A stretch of DNA of 64,000 nucleotides, from the NCBI GenBank assembly GCA_963702845.1, contig OY969763.1:3872001-3936000 (forward strand). The letters run 5' to 3'. Within the stretch, counting starts at the first letter, position 1. Each line of letters begins with the position of its first letter. Under the pieces are notes generated by a model. The model was not told where the DNA came from. It made no database searches and was given only the letters and a program-made list of their open reading frames with translations. This document shows, in pieces, positions 62,203-64,000 of the stretch. Source of the DNA: an uncultured Verrucomicrobiae bacterium. GTDB taxonomy: Bacteria > Verrucomicrobiota > Verrucomicrobiia > Limisphaerales > Palsa-1400. Made by a program: the position numbers and the translations under genes.

Positions 62203-64000
62203 ATGCGCCTGTTTATTTTTCTGTTCCTATGTCCGTTTCTCGCATTTGCCGAACCGTTGCATTTCGCGTGGTTGAGCGATACGCATGTCGGTTCGCCGAC
62301 TGGCCGGCTGATCTTGCGTGCGACGATTAAGGACATCAATTCCCAATCCAATCTCCAATTCGTCATTGTTTCTGGCGATTTGACGGAACTTGGTAAGGAC
62401 GAAGAATTCGAGCTGGCCAAAAGCATTTACGACGAATGCAAAATCCCACGTCTACTCACGCCCGGGAAATCACGACTGCAAGTGGTCGGAGTCCGGTGCG
62501 ACATCATTTTCGAAATTCTGGAGCTGCGGACAAGTTCGTGTTTAATGCCGGTGGTTACACGTTTCTTGCGATGCATGAAGGGCCAGTGATGAAAATGGGC
62601 GACGGACATTTTCGCCGCAAGATTTGCGTTGGCTCAAATCCACGCTCAACACCCTGCCCAAAAACCAAAAGCTGATTTTCGTGACGCATTACCCATTGGA
62701 TGAGCAATTGGACAACTGGTATCAGGCGATTGACTTGCTGAAGAAATACAATATTCAAGCGGTTCTCGTTGGACACGGGCATGCGAATAACAAAATGAAT
62801 TTCGAGGGGATTCCGGCAGCCATGGGCCGTTCGAACTTGCGTGCGCACAAAAAGTCGGCGGCTACACCATCGTCGACATCAACAACGGCAAAATGACGTT
62901 GACGGAACGCAATCCTGGCGATGGCACAAAAAAGCCATGGCATCATATCACGCTCGAAAAGCACGATTTCACAAACGACAACAAACAATGGCCCCGGCCG
63001 GATTACTCGATCAACAAAAAATATCGCGCACGTTAAGGTAAAGTGGCGAGTTCAACGCCCAGTGGTTGGCCGCAGCTTCTCCGGCGATTGCCAATGATTG
63101 CGCGATCATCGGCGATCGTCAGGCACGGTGCACGCGTTCTCGCTGAAGAATGGAAAGCCGAAATGGGAATTCCAAACGCACGGGCCTGTATACTCCACCG
63201 CTGACACGAGCGAAGGACATATTGTTTTCGCCTCGTGCGATGGCGGCAATTTATTCGCTCGATCCAAAGACCGGAAAACAACAGTGGAAATACTCGACAC
63301 TTACACCCGATCGTTGCTTCGCCCCGCACCGCCAATGGAAAAGTTTTCATCGGCGCCAGTGACCACAAGTTTCGTTCGCTGGATTTGCAAACAGGCAAGT
63401 TGCTTTGGGAGTTTCCCGACGTGAAATTTTACGTGGAAGCTAGGCCGTTGGTGCTGGATGACGCGTGATTTTCGGCGCGTGGGACGAATCACCTGTATGC
63501 GCTGGACATAAACACTGGCAAACAACTCTGGGGTTGGAGCAGTCCGCGCATTGGATCAATGTCTCCCCTGCTGCTTACGATCCGATCAGCGCAGTCGGGC
63601 AAAATTTTTGTCGTTGCACCCGACCGCGAAATAACCGCGCTGGACGTGAGCACCGGCAAACAACTTTGGCGCACTGCTGACTATCAGGTGCGCGAAACCG
63701 CAGGCATTTCACAGGACAAATCGCGGTTTTATGTCCGCACGATGGGTACACTTGATGGCACGTCCGCAGTCCTGCTGGCGTTCTCCACTCGGCCGACAAG
63801 CCAGAGAAATTGTGGTCGACAGATCCACATTACGGCTATGACATCAATTCAGCGCAGATCGTCGAAAAGGATGGCGTGGTGTTTTATGGGACGAAGAATG
63901 GTTTGGTCCTCGCGCTGAATGCCAAAACCGGCGCCATCCTTTGGCACACAAACTCGGCAACACCATCATCCATACACTCGCTCCTCTCTCAGCGCACCGC
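62203..64000 (+). CDS. Calcineurin-like metallophosphoesterase fused to PQQ-like beta-propeller repeats (many apparent frameshifts; runs off right edge)
   Basis: SDTHVG, SGDLTE, VTHYP, GHGH; repeats such as SLDLQTGKLLWEF and ALDVSTGKQLW. Confidence 0.85.

Noticed and set aside
60237..64000. trpS, rhomboid and phosphoesterase as pseudogenes
   Set aside because: Catalytic motifs are intact and trpS is normally essential; the pattern fits read errors

Overview
Gene-dense, mostly chromosomal housekeeping segment, probably from a Verrucomicrobiota bacterium of the Pedosphaera/Limisphaera type. That assignment is inferred from the LysM gene inside the dcw cluster, the extra-long GreA, the GuaB3-type IMPDH and the style of intergenic repeats. 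Left to right it holds: the 5' part of the dcw cluster on the minus strand (mraZ, an extra ORF, rsmH, ftsL, ftsI, a small ORF, murF, mraY, LysM gene, ftsW; no murE or murD); queA, pduO, pgsA, bcp, greA and rsmB; a small accessory islet (19.2-23.7 kb); nnrS; glycoside hydrolases and pdxH; a ClC channel; an envelope cluster (msbA, GT9, GT87, GT2s, asnB, GT4) ending in a plsY-like gene coupled to an acyltransferase-aminotransferase fusion; exbBD/tonB-like genes; guaB, purN, hisG; TPR, DUF2203 and MOSC genes; trpS; a rhomboid; and a phosphoesterase/beta-propeller gene running off the end. Many genes, including essential ones, carry single-base frameshifts that look like long-read indel errors. No rRNA, tRNA, CRISPR array or transposase was seen. 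Best leads: (1) a candidate serinol-phospholipid biosynthesis module at 48.1-50.4 kb; (2) a 45-aa ArfA/BrfA-like ORF missing from the ORF track, overlapping the hisG start, with a bS22-like ORF just after hisG; (3) a twice-occurring non-coding architecture (-35 hexamer, two short hairpins, boxA-like motif, helically phased repeats); (4) a remodelled dcw cluster with DnaA-like boxes beside the MraZ boxes. All protein family calls come from motif recognition by eye, not database searches.
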